DNA from: Candidatus Omnitrophota bacterium
GTDB taxonomy: Bacteria; Omnitrophota; Gorgyraeia; Zapsychrales; Fredricksoniimonadaceae
NCBI GenBank assembly: GCA_028865345.1
Contig: JAGWKL010000007.1
Span: forward strand, 6,089 to 70,088
Length of the DNA stretch: 64,000 nt
Direction of reading: 5' to 3'
The notes under the pieces were generated by a model, which did not search any database, was not told the origin of the DNA, and saw only the letters and a program-made list of their open reading frames with translations. Position 1 is the first letter of the stretch. Each line of letters opens with the position of its first letter. Made by a program: the position numbers and the translations under genes. This document shows, in pieces, positions 30,411-39,851 of this stretch.

Positions 30411-30623
30411 ATGGTTAAAAATTTTCTGATTTCAGGCATCAAAGCCTATCAGTGTATAAGCCGTGCTTTTCCATTTAGGAATTGCCGGTTTTACCCCTCA
30501 TGTTCCCAATACGCCATCGAGGCCATCGAGAGCTTCGGCGTCTGGCAGGGAATGAAAAAAGCAGTCCTTCGCCTTTTGCGTTGCTCTCCTGCGACAGACG
30601 GCGGATATGACCCTGTAAGGTAA
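30411..30623 (+). CDS. yidD: Membrane protein insertion efficiency factor
   Basis: CRFYPSCSQYAIEAI...RLLRC.P...GGYDPV. Confidence 0.95.
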   Translation: MVKNFLISGIKAYQCISRAFPFRNCRFYPSCSQYAIEAIESFGVWQGMKKAVLRLLRCSPATDGGYDPVR

Positions 30624-30626
30624 ATC

Positions 30627-32207
30627 ATGGAACGCAATACCCTCTTAGCCATTATTTTATCCGCGGTAATTTTATTTGCTTATCAGGCTTTTTTTGTTCC
30701 ACCCAAGCCAACGACAGTGGTAAACGCACAACTTAGGCAAACAGCCGTTGTCAAAAACACCCCGGAATCACCTTCCCATGTAAAATATTCAGAACCCACA
30801 AAAGCAGTAAAAAAGTCAATAAACTATAAGATAGAAGCCATAAACTCCATATTTTCATACTCAGATGTGGGCGGACTGCTCCACAAAATAGATTTTTTAG
30901 GAAACGTTCCGTTTCCAATTGAAGACGTTGTAACAATTAATGGATTCAACAACGTTTCTTATGATGGGAAAAAGCTGAATGACAAAACGATTTATTTTTC
31001 ATACAAAGGCAGAGAATGGCAGATCGCAAAAACATATTCCATGAAGGACGGTAATTTAATAAATATTAGAATGGAAATTAAAAATGTATCTAAAATTTCC
31101 ATTCTGACAGATTTTGTTATTAAAACTTTTGAAATTAATCAAAGCGACGTATCCCCTAAAGACGGCAGACAAAATGGTTTGAATGAATATTCAATATATG
31201 GGGACAATAAAATCTTATTGCGTAGGGATAACGCGGTTAAATTTAATGATAAAAATGATAATAATGGAACGGCAAAAATTGGTTGGGTTGGATTTAGAGA
31301 TCACTATCAAGCGCTGATCGTTAAGCCTAAGTTTGCTGCAAGTTTTTATAAAATTAAAGCCGTAAATGATAAGCAATTAAACATTTACATAAAACCTAAG
31401 GGTATAAATTTGGCACCTGGGCAAAGCGTGGCCTATGATTTCGATGTTTATGCAGGTCCTCAAAATCCATGGCTCATGAAGAAATACGGGGATGATTTCG
31501 AGAAAATAATAGTCTTTAGCAAATTTTGGTTTTATGAATGGCCGGCTCAATTGATTTACCATTTAATTTATGTTTTTCACGGCATATTTAAAAGCTGGGG
31601 GATAGCCATTATTTTGATGGGAATAACATTTTATGCGGCGGCATACCCATTAACTATGAAAAGCATGGTATCCATGCGAAAAATGCAGGAAATCCAACCC
31701 AAGGTCAAAGCGTTGCAGGAAAAATATAAAAATGATCCCCAAAAGGCACAAGCAGAGATGATGGAGCTTTATCGTCGAGAAAAAATAAACCCAATGAGCG
31801 GATGCCTGCCATTTTTAATTCAAATGCCGTTTTTTTATGCATTGCTTCAAATTATGTGGAGAGCGCAATATTTTCAAGGACAGCATTTTTTATGGATCAA
31901 AGACTTGACCGAACCGGACCGGCTAATAATTTTACCTTTTTCTTTGCCTTTTTTTGGCAACGAAGTTAATATATTACCAATAATAACGGGGATATTATTT
32001 TACGTGCAGCAGGTGATATCCAGTAAGAATACAGTAGCAACCGATGAACAGCAGGTTATGCAGCAGAAGATGATGAGATATTTTTTACCGATCATGATGA
32101 CGGTCATGTTTTATAAATTTGCCAGCGCATGGGCATTATATTTTCTGGTCTACTACACATTTGCAACGATCACGCAATGGAAAATTTCTAAACTGCCCAA
32201 AAAATGA
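30627..32207 (+). CDS. yidC: Membrane protein insertase
   Basis: WGIAII, SMRKMQEIQP, GCLPFLIQMP, FLWIKDLTEPD. Confidence 0.97.
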   Translation: MERNTLLAIILSAVILFAYQAFFVPPKPTTVVNAQLRQTAVVKNTPESPSHVKYSEPTKAVKKSINYKIEAINSIFSYSDVGGLLHKIDFLGNVPFPIEDVVTINGFNNVSYDGKKLNDKTIYFSYKGREWQIAKTYSMKDGNLINIRMEIKNVSKISILTDFVIKTFEINQSDVSPKDGRQNGLNEYSIYGDNKILLRRDNAVKFNDKNDNNGTAKIGWVGFRDHYQALIVKPKFAASFYKIKAVNDKQLNIYIKPKGINLAPGQSVAYDFDVYAGPQNPWLMKKYGDDFEKIIVFSKFWFYEWPAQLIYHLIYVFHGIFKSWGIAIILMGITFYAAAYPLTMKSMVSMRKMQEIQPKVKALQEKYKNDPQKAQAEMMELYRREKINPMSGCLPFLIQMPFFYALLQIMWRAQYFQGQHFLWIKDLTEPDRLIILPFSLPFFGNEVNILPIITGILFYVQQVISSKNTVATDEQQVMQQKMMRYFLPIMMTVMFYKFASAWALYFLVYYTFATITQWKISKLPKK

Positions 32208-32395
32208 ATATGAGCAGTAAACCAAAAATAAAAGAATTTGAGGGAAATACCATTGACGAAGCCATTAATAAAGCCGTATTAAAATTAGGAATTCCAAAAG
32301 ACAGGCTGAATATTAAAATAGTTTGTGAAGAAAAACGCGGACTTTTTGGGATGCAGGGGGCTAAAACAGCTAAAATAAAGGTGTCTGTAAAATAA
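32204..32395 (+). CDS. Jag/EloR N-terminal domain-only protein
   Basis: FEGNTIDEAINKA...KRGLFG...AKIKV; ends before the KH/R3H domains. Confidence 0.8.
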   Translation: MNMSSKPKIKEFEGNTIDEAINKAVLKLGIPKDRLNIKIVCEEKRGLFGMQGAKTAKIKVSVK

Positions 32396-32399
32396 TGCC

Positions 32400-32415
32400 A
32401 GTTTCACGTGGAACT
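32400..32415. promoter_or_regulatory. parS-like palindrome
   Basis: AGTTTCACGTGGAACT vs consensus TGTTNCACGTGAAACA, directly upstream of parA. Confidence 0.8.
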
Positions 32416-32435
32416 TATTTGGAAGGACAGGCTGT

Positions 32436-33224
32436 ATGGCAAAAACGATAGCTGTTTGTAATCAGAAAGGAGGGACTGGAAAAACCACAACAACGATCAA
32501 TCTTGCGTCAGCGTTGGCCGTTTTAGGAAAGAATGTACTTATCGTTGACATGGATCCTCAGGGAAATGCCGGAAGCGGAGTAGGGGTTAATAAAAACGAG
32601 ATCAAAGATTCCCTATATGATGTGCTCATACACCGCATTTTGATCACGCAGGCTCTTGTAAAAACAAATTTTAGTAAACTCGAAATCATTCCTTGCAATA
32701 TCAATTTGACAGGGGCAGAGATAGAGCTCGTCGGTGTTTTGTCCAGAGAAACCAGGCTAAAAAAAGCATTGGAACCAATTAAAAAGAATTACGATTTTAT
32801 TTTTATAGATTCCCCGCCATCTCTAGGGCTTTTAACATTAAACACTTTAGTCGCTGCTGATTCCATATTAATTCCAATTCAATGTGAATTTTATGCCTTG
32901 GAAGGGGTGTCCCAACTATTAAATACTATTACGCTTGTGAAAGATGGCCTTAATCCTGATCTGCATATTGAAGGGGTATTAATGACCATGGCAGACTTTA
33001 GGACAAATTTAACTAATGAGGTTATAGGTGAAATCAAGAATTATTTTAAAGAAAAAGTTTATAACTCTATTATTCCCAGGAACATAAGATTAAGTGAGGC
33101 CCCAAGCTTCGGTAAGCCTATTAATTTTTATGACAGCGTATCAGCTGGTGCTGTAAAGTACAGAGAATTGGCAGAAGAATTTTTAATAGCCAACGGAAAA
33201 GCACAGCAGCCTACTAGCATTTAA
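32436..33224 (+). CDS. parA: Chromosome partitioning ATPase
   Basis: NQKGGTGKTTT, DMDPQGNA, IDSPPSLG, RLSEAPSFG. Confidence 0.97.
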   Translation: MAKTIAVCNQKGGTGKTTTTINLASALAVLGKNVLIVDMDPQGNAGSGVGVNKNEIKDSLYDVLIHRILITQALVKTNFSKLEIIPCNINLTGAEIELVGVLSRETRLKKALEPIKKNYDFIFIDSPPSLGLLTLNTLVAADSILIPIQCEFYALEGVSQLLNTITLVKDGLNPDLHIEGVLMTMADFRTNLTNEVIGEIKNYFKEKVYNSIIPRNIRLSEAPSFGKPINFYDSVSAGAVKYRELAEEFLIANGKAQQPTSI

Positions 33225-33286
33225 AAATGTGACAATTGGCCACCATGTTTTTGGCAGTCAAATGGTAACGTTTTTGGAGATTCAGA

Positions 33287-34150
33287 ATGGAAAATAAAGC
33301 CTTAGGAAAGGGATTATCAGCTCTTATATCAAAAAAGCCGTCAATAGACAAGGAAGTTTCCAGTTTGGAAATTAAATCGCAAGACATTGCATATATAGAA
33401 ACAATTTCCATTCTGGATAACAGGTTCCAACCAAGACAAAAATATGACAACGCAAAACAAGAAGAGCTAAAAGCTTCCATAAAAGAAAAAGGCATATTGC
33501 AGCCAATCCTGGTTCGTTCTTATAAAGAAGGATATGAAGTCGTTGCCGGAGAAAGGCGTTTAAAAGCGGCAAAAGCCATTGGTCTTAAACAAGTTCCGGT
33601 AATTATCAAAAACGTTACGGATAGAGAGGCTCTGGTATTGGCTCTGGTAGAAAATATACAGCGAGAAGAATTAAATGCCATAGAGGAAGCGCAGGGGTTT
33701 AAGCGCCTGTTAGAAGAATTTCAATTCACTCAAGAAGCAGTTGCCGAGGCTGTCGGAAAAGACCGTACGACAGTGACAAATTTATTGCGTCTTTTGCGGC
33801 TACCCGAAGAGATCCAAAAACACGTGGCTGATGCCAGACTTTCCATGGGCCATGCCAGGGCCTTGTTGGGCATAGAAGATGCCTCTACGCAGAGAAAAAT
33901 GGCTCAAGTTATTATAAATAAGGGCCTTTCCGTTAGACAGGTTGAAGATCTGGTTAAGAACACCAGACCACAGGGTAAAAAACCGACAGTTAAAATAAAA
34001 AACCGGGACATCGAAATTCTGGAAGAAGAACTTAGAAAGATTTTGGGTACGAAGGTTTTCGTTGAAGACAGGAAGGGCAAGGGGAAGATGGTCATCGAAT
34101 ATTATACATTGGATGATCTGGACCGTATTTTAGGGGTATTACGTAAATGA
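33287..34150 (+). CDS. parB: Chromosome partitioning protein
   Basis: KALGKGLSALI, VAGERRLKA, ENIQREELN. Confidence 0.97.
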   Translation: MENKALGKGLSALISKKPSIDKEVSSLEIKSQDIAYIETISILDNRFQPRQKYDNAKQEELKASIKEKGILQPILVRSYKEGYEVVAGERRLKAAKAIGLKQVPVIIKNVTDREALVLALVENIQREELNAIEEAQGFKRLLEEFQFTQEAVAEAVGKDRTTVTNLLRLLRLPEEIQKHVADARLSMGHARALLGIEDASTQRKMAQVIINKGLSVRQVEDLVKNTRPQGKKPTVKIKNRDIEILEEELRKILGTKVFVEDRKGKGKMVIEYYTLDDLDRILGVLRK

Positions 34151-34629
34151 GTTTGACGGTCCTCAAGCCGGACACTCGCAGTTGCTCGGAGTCGGCGCTG
34201 GTTTTGATCAAGCCCGACGGCATGCACAAAGGCATTGTTGGAGAGGTGATCGGGGCCTTTTCAGCCGGCGGTTTAAAGTTGATCGGCTTGAAATTGGTGA
34301 AGGTTTCCGGTGCGCTCGCCCGGGCCCATTATAGGCATTTGGCGACGAAGAAATTTTTTAAAGAAATTGTCAGTTACTTAATGGGGGATTTGCACGGCAA
34401 GAATCCCGTCGTGGCAATGGTATATACAGGCAAAGACGCAGTGGCTGCCTGCCGCAGGATCGCCGGAAGCACCAATCCGGAAGAGGCCGATCCGAAATCC
34501 GTGCGGGGGAAATTCGGGCGCGTCACCACCAAGGGAGTTTTTGAAAACCTGGTGCATGTTTCGTCTGACACCAAGGAGGCCCGCCGGGAAATTACGTTGT
34601 GGTTTAAAAAAAGCGAGCTTTTGGCTTAA
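34147..34629 (+). CDS. ndk: Nucleoside diphosphate kinase
   Basis: LIKPDG, GSTNP, NLVHVSSD. Confidence 0.93.
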   Translation: MSLTVLKPDTRSCSESALVLIKPDGMHKGIVGEVIGAFSAGGLKLIGLKLVKVSGALARAHYRHLATKKFFKEIVSYLMGDLHGKNPVVAMVYTGKDAVAACRRIAGSTNPEEADPKSVRGKFGRVTTKGVFENLVHVSSDTKEARREITLWFKKSELLA

Positions 34630-34640
34630 GGAAAAAAACT

Positions 34641-35462
34641 ATGATCACAGGCATGACAGGGTTTGGAGCGGGGGAGATCTCTTTCGGTAAAGTCAGGGGG
34701 ATCATCGAGGTCAAAACGGTCAATCACCGTTACCTGGACGTGGCGTTCTATCTTCCGGCCGGGTTCTCGTCGCTGGAAGACAAGATCCAGAAGAACATCG
34801 TCAAAAGCATCAAGCGCGGCAGGGTCACGGTTTCCGTCAAGATCACGGAAAAGCCGCATACGGAAATCACCCTGAACCAACAGGCGGTCAAACGCTATCT
34901 GGACTTTGCGGGTGCCTTAAGCCAAAAGCACCGCTTAAGGAACGATATCGCCGTAGCGGACATCATGAGGCTGCCGGGGGTGGTGGAGGCCAGGGAGGTT
35001 TTTGTCCAGCCGGCGGAGATATGGCCTGTTCTGGAGAGGGCTTTGCAGAAAGCCGTGGCTGAAGTGGCGGCCATGCGTCGGCGGGAAGGCCGGGCCCTGG
35101 GAACCGACATCAGCGGGCTGCTCAAGCGTATGACATTGCAAATAGGGCTCATCAAAAAACGCATTAATGACCTTCTGAAAGAAAGCAAAGATAAAATGAC
35201 GCCGGAAGAATTTTCTTCTTATCAAAAAGGCAATGATATTCACGAAGAGCTTGCCCGGCTGGACCATTATATCGATGAGGCCAAAACGCTTTTAAGGCAG
35301 ACCGAAGGCGCAGGCAAGAAGCTTGATTTCATCGCCCAGGAAATGCAGCGGGAGGCCAACACCGTCGGCTCCAAGGTCCAGGACAAGATCGTGGGGGCTT
35401 CCGTCATTGCCATTAAGGCTAAGGTCGAGAAAATTCGCGAACAGTCCAACAATGTCGAATAG
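34641..35462 (+). CDS. YicC/YloC family endoribonuclease
   Basis: MTGFG, KTVNHRYLD, GKKLDFIAQEMQREANTVGSK, IREQSNNVE. Confidence 0.93.
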   Translation: MITGMTGFGAGEISFGKVRGIIEVKTVNHRYLDVAFYLPAGFSSLEDKIQKNIVKSIKRGRVTVSVKITEKPHTEITLNQQAVKRYLDFAGALSQKHRLRNDIAVADIMRLPGVVEAREVFVQPAEIWPVLERALQKAVAEVAAMRRREGRALGTDISGLLKRMTLQIGLIKKRINDLLKESKDKMTPEEFSSYQKGNDIHEELARLDHYIDEAKTLLRQTEGAGKKLDFIAQEMQREANTVGSKVQDKIVGASVIAIKAKVEKIREQSNNVE

Positions 35463-36093
35463 AATGCCCGCCCTTCCCAAGGCCAAGATCGTCATTATTT
35501 CCGGGCCGTCGGGGTGCGGGAAAACGACCCTGCACAAAGCCCTGCTGGCAAGCCCTGCATTAAAGGGGAAGTTGGTAAAGACCATCTCCGCTACGACCAG
35601 GCAAAAGAGGCCCGGAGAGCGCCATGGCCGGGAATACTTGTTTTTAAGCCCGCAGTCCTTTGAGGAAAAGATCAAGAAGGGATATTTTCTCGAGTGGCAA
35701 AAGGTTTTTGACCATTATTACGGGACACCAAAAAAACGGGCACAGGCGCTGATCAACAAAGGGACCAATGTTCTTTTGTGCATCGATGTCAATGGGGCCA
35801 AGGCCGTGGCTGGGGAGTTTCCGGGACGCGCCTTGAGGATTTTTATCAAACCCCCTTCGATGAAGGTCTTGGCCCACCGGCTTAAGGCCAGAGGGTCTGA
35901 GAGCAGGGAAACCTTGAAGAAACGTTTAAACGTGGCCCGCAGGGAGATGCGGGAAGCCGTGAATTACGACCATGTGATTGTCAACGGTGACTTAAAGAAA
36001 GCTTTGGGGCAATTGAAGAAGATCGTCTGCAGCGAAGTATTGGGTGTCTCAGGGTCCGGGGGCAGGTCTTTGAGTCGGGGGACAGCCACCTGA
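35452..36093 (+). CDS. gmk: Guanylate kinase
   Basis: SGPSGCGKTT, TTRQKRPGE, YYGTP; start ATG 35452 or 35464. Confidence 0.95.
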   Translation: MSNRMPALPKAKIVIISGPSGCGKTTLHKALLASPALKGKLVKTISATTRQKRPGERHGREYLFLSPQSFEEKIKKGYFLEWQKVFDHYYGTPKKRAQALINKGTNVLLCIDVNGAKAVAGEFPGRALRIFIKPPSMKVLAHRLKARGSESRETLKKRLNVARREMREAVNYDHVIVNGDLKKALGQLKKIVCSEVLGVSGSGGRSLSRGTAT

Positions 36094-36219
36094 ATTCCAT
36101 GGACAACATCCGGCGGATATGTTATAAAAATAATTTTCCCGTATCTAAGGGAAAGGCGGGCCTGTCCGCAGACCAGGCGATGTTTTATAAACTTATGAAG
36201 GCATCATTGAGGAGGGGGC

Positions 36220-36471
36220 ATGTATATGTCTTATCAGCCGCTTGAAGAATTATTGCCTAAAGCGGGCAACAGCGTTTACCGCTTGGTACGATTGGCTTCC
36301 GTTCGGGCCACGGAACTGGCGGGCACGGGCGTCAAGTTAGTGAGCGTTCCCGCCGAACAAAAGTTAGCGACGACGGCTCTGGATGAAATCCGCGCCGGTA
36401 AAGTCATAGGAAAAGCGGCCGGCGACCACAAGGAAGGAAAATCCAAAAAGCATGACAAGTCTCAAAACTAA
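36220..36471 (+). CDS. rpoZ: RNA polymerase omega subunit
   Basis: SVYRLVRLASVRA...TALDEIRAGK; gmk-rpoZ-coa synteny. Confidence 0.9.
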   Translation: MYMSYQPLEELLPKAGNSVYRLVRLASVRATELAGTGVKLVSVPAEQKLATTALDEIRAGKVIGKAAGDHKEGKSKKHDKSQN

Positions 36472-36997
36472 ACATGTTGTGCTGGGGGTTTGCGGCAGCA
36501 TCGCGGCATACAAAGCAGGGGATATCATCCGACGTCTGCAGGAGAGGAATTGCGAAGTAACAGTGATCATGACCTGCGAAGCTTTGCAATTCATAACGCC
36601 CTTGACCCTGGCCACCTTGTCCGGCAAAAATGTTTACAGCGATATGTTTGATAAATATTTCTGGCGCATGGCGCATATCGAACTTTCCCGCGCCGCAGAC
36701 GCGGTGCTTATAGCCCCGGCGACGGCCAACATCATCGGAAAGTTGGCCAACGGACTGGCCGACGACCTTTTGACCACCTTTGTGGTCACCTGCCGTGCTC
36801 CGGTCTTCATTGCTCCGGCGATGAATGATGATATGTACGCCAACGGTATGGTCAGGGACAATTGCGCCAGGCTTAAGAAACACGGCTTTAAATTCATTGA
36901 ACCTGTGAGGGGCAAGCTGGCCTGCGGCGACGTTGGTGTCGGACACCTGGCGGAAGTCGAAACAATCGTCAAAACCATCCTTAAAGAATTCAAATGA
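36452..36997 (+). CDS. coaC: Phosphopantothenoylcysteine decarboxylase (CoaC half of CoaBC only)
   Basis: GSIAAYKA, APATANIIGK, APAMN, LACGDVGVG; 181 aa. Confidence 0.9.
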   Translation: MTSLKTKHVVLGVCGSIAAYKAGDIIRRLQERNCEVTVIMTCEALQFITPLTLATLSGKNVYSDMFDKYFWRMAHIELSRAADAVLIAPATANIIGKLANGLADDLLTTFVVTCRAPVFIAPAMNDDMYANGMVRDNCARLKKHGFKFIEPVRGKLACGDVGVGHLAEVETIVKTILKEFK

Positions 36998-37013
36998 AAG
37001 CCGGCGCGACACT

Positions 37014-37088
37014 GGCGTGGTAGCCAAGTGGTAAGGCAGTGGTCTGCAAAACCACTATTCAGCGGTTCGATTCCGCTCCACGCCTCCA
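37014..37088 (+). tRNA. tRNA-Cys(GCA)
   Basis: GGCGTGG/CCACGCC acceptor, GTGGT-CT GCA AA-ACCAC, CCA end. Confidence 0.95.
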
Positions 37089-37116
37089 GATTTTTAGGAA
37101 AGTGATTTTATGGCAG

Positions 37117-37200
37117 GGGCGGGTGGCGGAACTGGTATACGCGCAGGACTTAAAATCCTGTGGCCGTAAGGTCATGAGGGTTCAATTCCCTCCCCGCCCA
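37117..37200 (+). tRNA. tRNA-Leu(TAA)
   Basis: GGGCGGG/CCCGCCC acceptor, CAGGA-CT TAA AA-TCCTG, long variable arm; CCA not encoded. Confidence 0.95.
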
Positions 37201-37217
37201 TAAAAGTGAGATTTTAA

Positions 37218-37294
37218 GGACTCATAGCTCAGCTGGTTAGAGCGCATCCTTGACATGGATGAGGTCAGAGGTTCGATCCCTCTTGAGTCCACCA
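37218..37294 (+). tRNA. tRNA-Val(GAC)
   Basis: GGACTCA/TGAGTCC acceptor, CATCC-TT GAC AT-GGATG, CCA end. Confidence 0.95.
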
Positions 37295-37299
37295 GAATT

Positions 37300-39030
37300 A
37301 TGGATTACAGCCGGGACATAGACAAGTTAAGGCACACCTGCGCACATGTGATGGCGCAGGCGGTGGTGGAGCTTTGGCCCCAGGCCAAGGTCACCATCGG
37401 GCCCGCCATCGATACGGGCTTTTATTATGATTTTGACAAGAAAGAGCCGTTCACCGACGAGGACTTACGCAAGATCGAGAAGGGCATGGAGAAGATCGTG
37501 CGCAGAGACCTGCCGATGAAGCAGTCCTTCATGAAACGCGAGGAGGCCCGGGATTTTTTTACCTCACGCCACGAGCCCTACAAGGTGGAATTGATCGATG
37601 GTATTCCTGACCAGGAAGTTTCCATTTACAAAACCGGCGATGAATTCATAGACCTTTGCAAAGGCCCGCATGTGGCCTCGACGGGGAAGATCAAGGCTTT
37701 TAAGCTGCTTTCGGTGGCAGGCGCATATTGGCGCGGAGACGAAACCAAGCCCATGCTGCAGCGTATCTACGGCACGGCCTTTTTTTCCCAACAAGAGCTC
37801 GATGCGTATTTAAAGATGCTCGAGGAGGCCAATAAGCGCGACCACCGCAAAATTGCCGCCCAGCTCGATCTTTTTCACATCTATCACGAAACCGCCGGCG
37901 CAGGTCTTGTTTTTTATCATCCCAACGGGGCGATGCTGCGCAAGACCATCGAAGATTATTTGCGCGCGCAGCATTTAAAACACGGCTATCAGCTCGTCAT
38001 GACCCCGAATATCCTCAAAGGAAAGCTGTGGGACATTTCAGGCCATGCCGAGAATTACCGCGCCAACATGTATTATTTTAAGGTCGACGACGAGGAATAT
38101 GCGGTCAAGCCCATGAATTGCCCGGCGCACATTCTTATTTATAAATCCCAAACGCGTTCATACCGCGATCTGCCGGTAAAGTATTTTGAACTGGGCACGG
38201 TTTACCGTCAGGAAAAGGCCGGGGTCCTGCACGGGCTTTTGCGCGTGCGCGGGTTCACCCAGGACGATGCGCACATCTTCCTAAGGCCTGAACAGATCAA
38301 GCAGGAAGTCGTGGGGGTCATTGATTTCGTTTTTGAGGTGATGAATGATTTCGGTTTTCACGATTTGCATATCGAGCTTTCCACCAGACCGGAGAAATTT
38401 ATGGGCTCCATTGCCAATTGGGACAAGGCGACGGACGCATTAAAAGAGGCGCTGGAGGCCAAGGATTTAAAGTACGATATCAACGAAGGCGACGGTGCTT
38501 TTTATGGCCCGAAGATAGACATTAAATTAAATGACGCCATCGGCCGCCAATGGCAGTGCGGGACGATCCAGTGCGATTTTCTTTTGCCTGAGCGGTTTGG
38601 CTTGAGCTTTGTGGATGAAACGGGTTCCCCGTCGCCCCTGGTCATGCTTCATAGGGCGATCTTGGGCAGCCTGGAGAGGTTCATCGGCACCTTGATCGAG
38701 CATTATGCGGGGAATTTGCCTTTATGGCTGGCCCCTAACCAGGCGGTGATCATTCCAATCAAGAATGAACACCGGGATTTTGCCGGGAAGGTCAGGACGG
38801 TCTTACAGCAGGCGGAGGTGCGCGTCGTCGTCGATGATCGCAATGAATCGTTGTCCAAACGCATCCGGGAGGCGTCGGTCAAAAAAATACCATATCACCT
38901 GATCATCGGGGATAAAGAAGTGCAGTCCTCTCAGGTGGCGGTGCGCCTGCAAAACGGCAGCGACTTGGGGCCCATGGGCCTCGAGGGCCTTCTGGACAGG
39001 CTGAAGCAGCAGATTATTGACAAGAAATAG
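37300..39030 (+). CDS. thrS: Threonine--tRNA ligase (no N-terminal TGS domain)
   Basis: LRHTCAH, DLCKGPH, KPMNCP, FTQDDAH, AFYGPKID; ORF-track start lies inside tRNA-Val, so start moved to 37300. Confidence 0.98.
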   Translation: MDYSRDIDKLRHTCAHVMAQAVVELWPQAKVTIGPAIDTGFYYDFDKKEPFTDEDLRKIEKGMEKIVRRDLPMKQSFMKREEARDFFTSRHEPYKVELIDGIPDQEVSIYKTGDEFIDLCKGPHVASTGKIKAFKLLSVAGAYWRGDETKPMLQRIYGTAFFSQQELDAYLKMLEEANKRDHRKIAAQLDLFHIYHETAGAGLVFYHPNGAMLRKTIEDYLRAQHLKHGYQLVMTPNILKGKLWDISGHAENYRANMYYFKVDDEEYAVKPMNCPAHILIYKSQTRSYRDLPVKYFELGTVYRQEKAGVLHGLLRVRGFTQDDAHIFLRPEQIKQEVVGVIDFVFEVMNDFGFHDLHIELSTRPEKFMGSIANWDKATDALKEALEAKDLKYDINEGDGAFYGPKIDIKLNDAIGRQWQCGTIQCDFLLPERFGLSFVDETGSPSPLVMLHRAILGSLERFIGTLIEHYAGNLPLWLAPNQAVIIPIKNEHRDFAGKVRTVLQQAEVRVVVDDRNESLSKRIREASVKKIPYHLIIGDKEVQSSQVAVRLQNGSDLGPMGLEGLLDRLKQQIIDKK

Positions 39031-39109
39031 AATTTAGAGATAATAGAGCGCTCTTAAAGCGGGCTAAGTCCAGGGTCAGGGACAAGAAATCTTTCAAGGA
39101 GGGGTGACT

Positions 39110-39616
39110 ATTTTAAAGAACATCCGGATCAACAATCAAATTCGTGCTAAGGAAGTCAGGGTGATCGGGCCCAATTCCGAGCAGTTGGGGGTCGTGAATA
39201 TCAACAGGGCATTTGAACTGGCCGGCGAATACGGGCTTGATCTGATCGAAGTGGCCCCTACAGCCAATCCTCCGGTGTGCCGGATCATAGATTTCAGTAA
39301 ATACAAATATGACCAGCAGAAAAAAGAACGCAAAGTCAAAAAGCACCAGCATATAACCCATTTAAAACAGATCAGGATCAAGCCTCATATCGACGATCAT
39401 GACCTGGAGATCAAGATGCGCCAGGCCATTGCCTTTTTGAGCAAGAAGGACAAGGTCAAGATCAACATGATGTTCCAGGGCAGGGAAATGAGCTTCAGGG
39501 ACCGCTGGAAAGCGGTTCTGGAAAAAGTGGTGGCGGCGACCGCCGAGCACGCCACTGTCGAGAAAGCGCCGGTGGCTGAGGGACGCATTGTTTCGATGGT
39601 CTTGTCACCTAAATAG
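39110..39616 (+). CDS. infC: Translation initiation factor IF-3 (probable ATT start)
   Basis: RINNQIRAKEVRVI, PPVCRIIDF; AAGGAGG 7 nt before ATT 39110. Confidence 0.97.
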   Translation: MLKNIRINNQIRAKEVRVIGPNSEQLGVVNINRAFELAGEYGLDLIEVAPTANPPVCRIIDFSKYKYDQQKKERKVKKHQHITHLKQIRIKPHIDDHDLEIKMRQAIAFLSKKDKVKINMMFQGREMSFRDRWKAVLEKVVAATAEHATVEKAPVAEGRIVSMVLSPK

Positions 39617-39638
39617 GACGAAGGAAGGTAAAAAAATT

Positions 39639-39851
39639 ATGGCAAAAAAGAGAAAATTAAAAACTAAGAAAGCCGCGGTCAAGCGGTTGCGTCAGACCCG
39701 CAAAGGTCTTTTAAAAAAACGCAATGCCGGGCGCCAGCATATTTTGGGCAAGAAAACCCGTAAACATAAACGCCAGTTGCGCCACAGCGGATACGTATCA
39801 GCGACGGACGCCAAGCGTATAAGAAAGGTGTTGCCGTATGGTACGCATTAA
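39639..39851 (+). CDS. rpmI: 50S ribosomal protein L35
   Basis: KLKTKKAAVKR...HILGKK. Confidence 0.95.
   Translation: MAKKRKLKTKKAAVKRLRQTRKGLLKKRNAGRQHILGKKTRKHKRQLRHSGYVSATDAKRIRKVLPYGTH

Noticed and set aside
37255-37299. thrS N-terminal extension MDEVRGSIPLESTRI
   Set aside because: Is the 3' half of tRNA-Val
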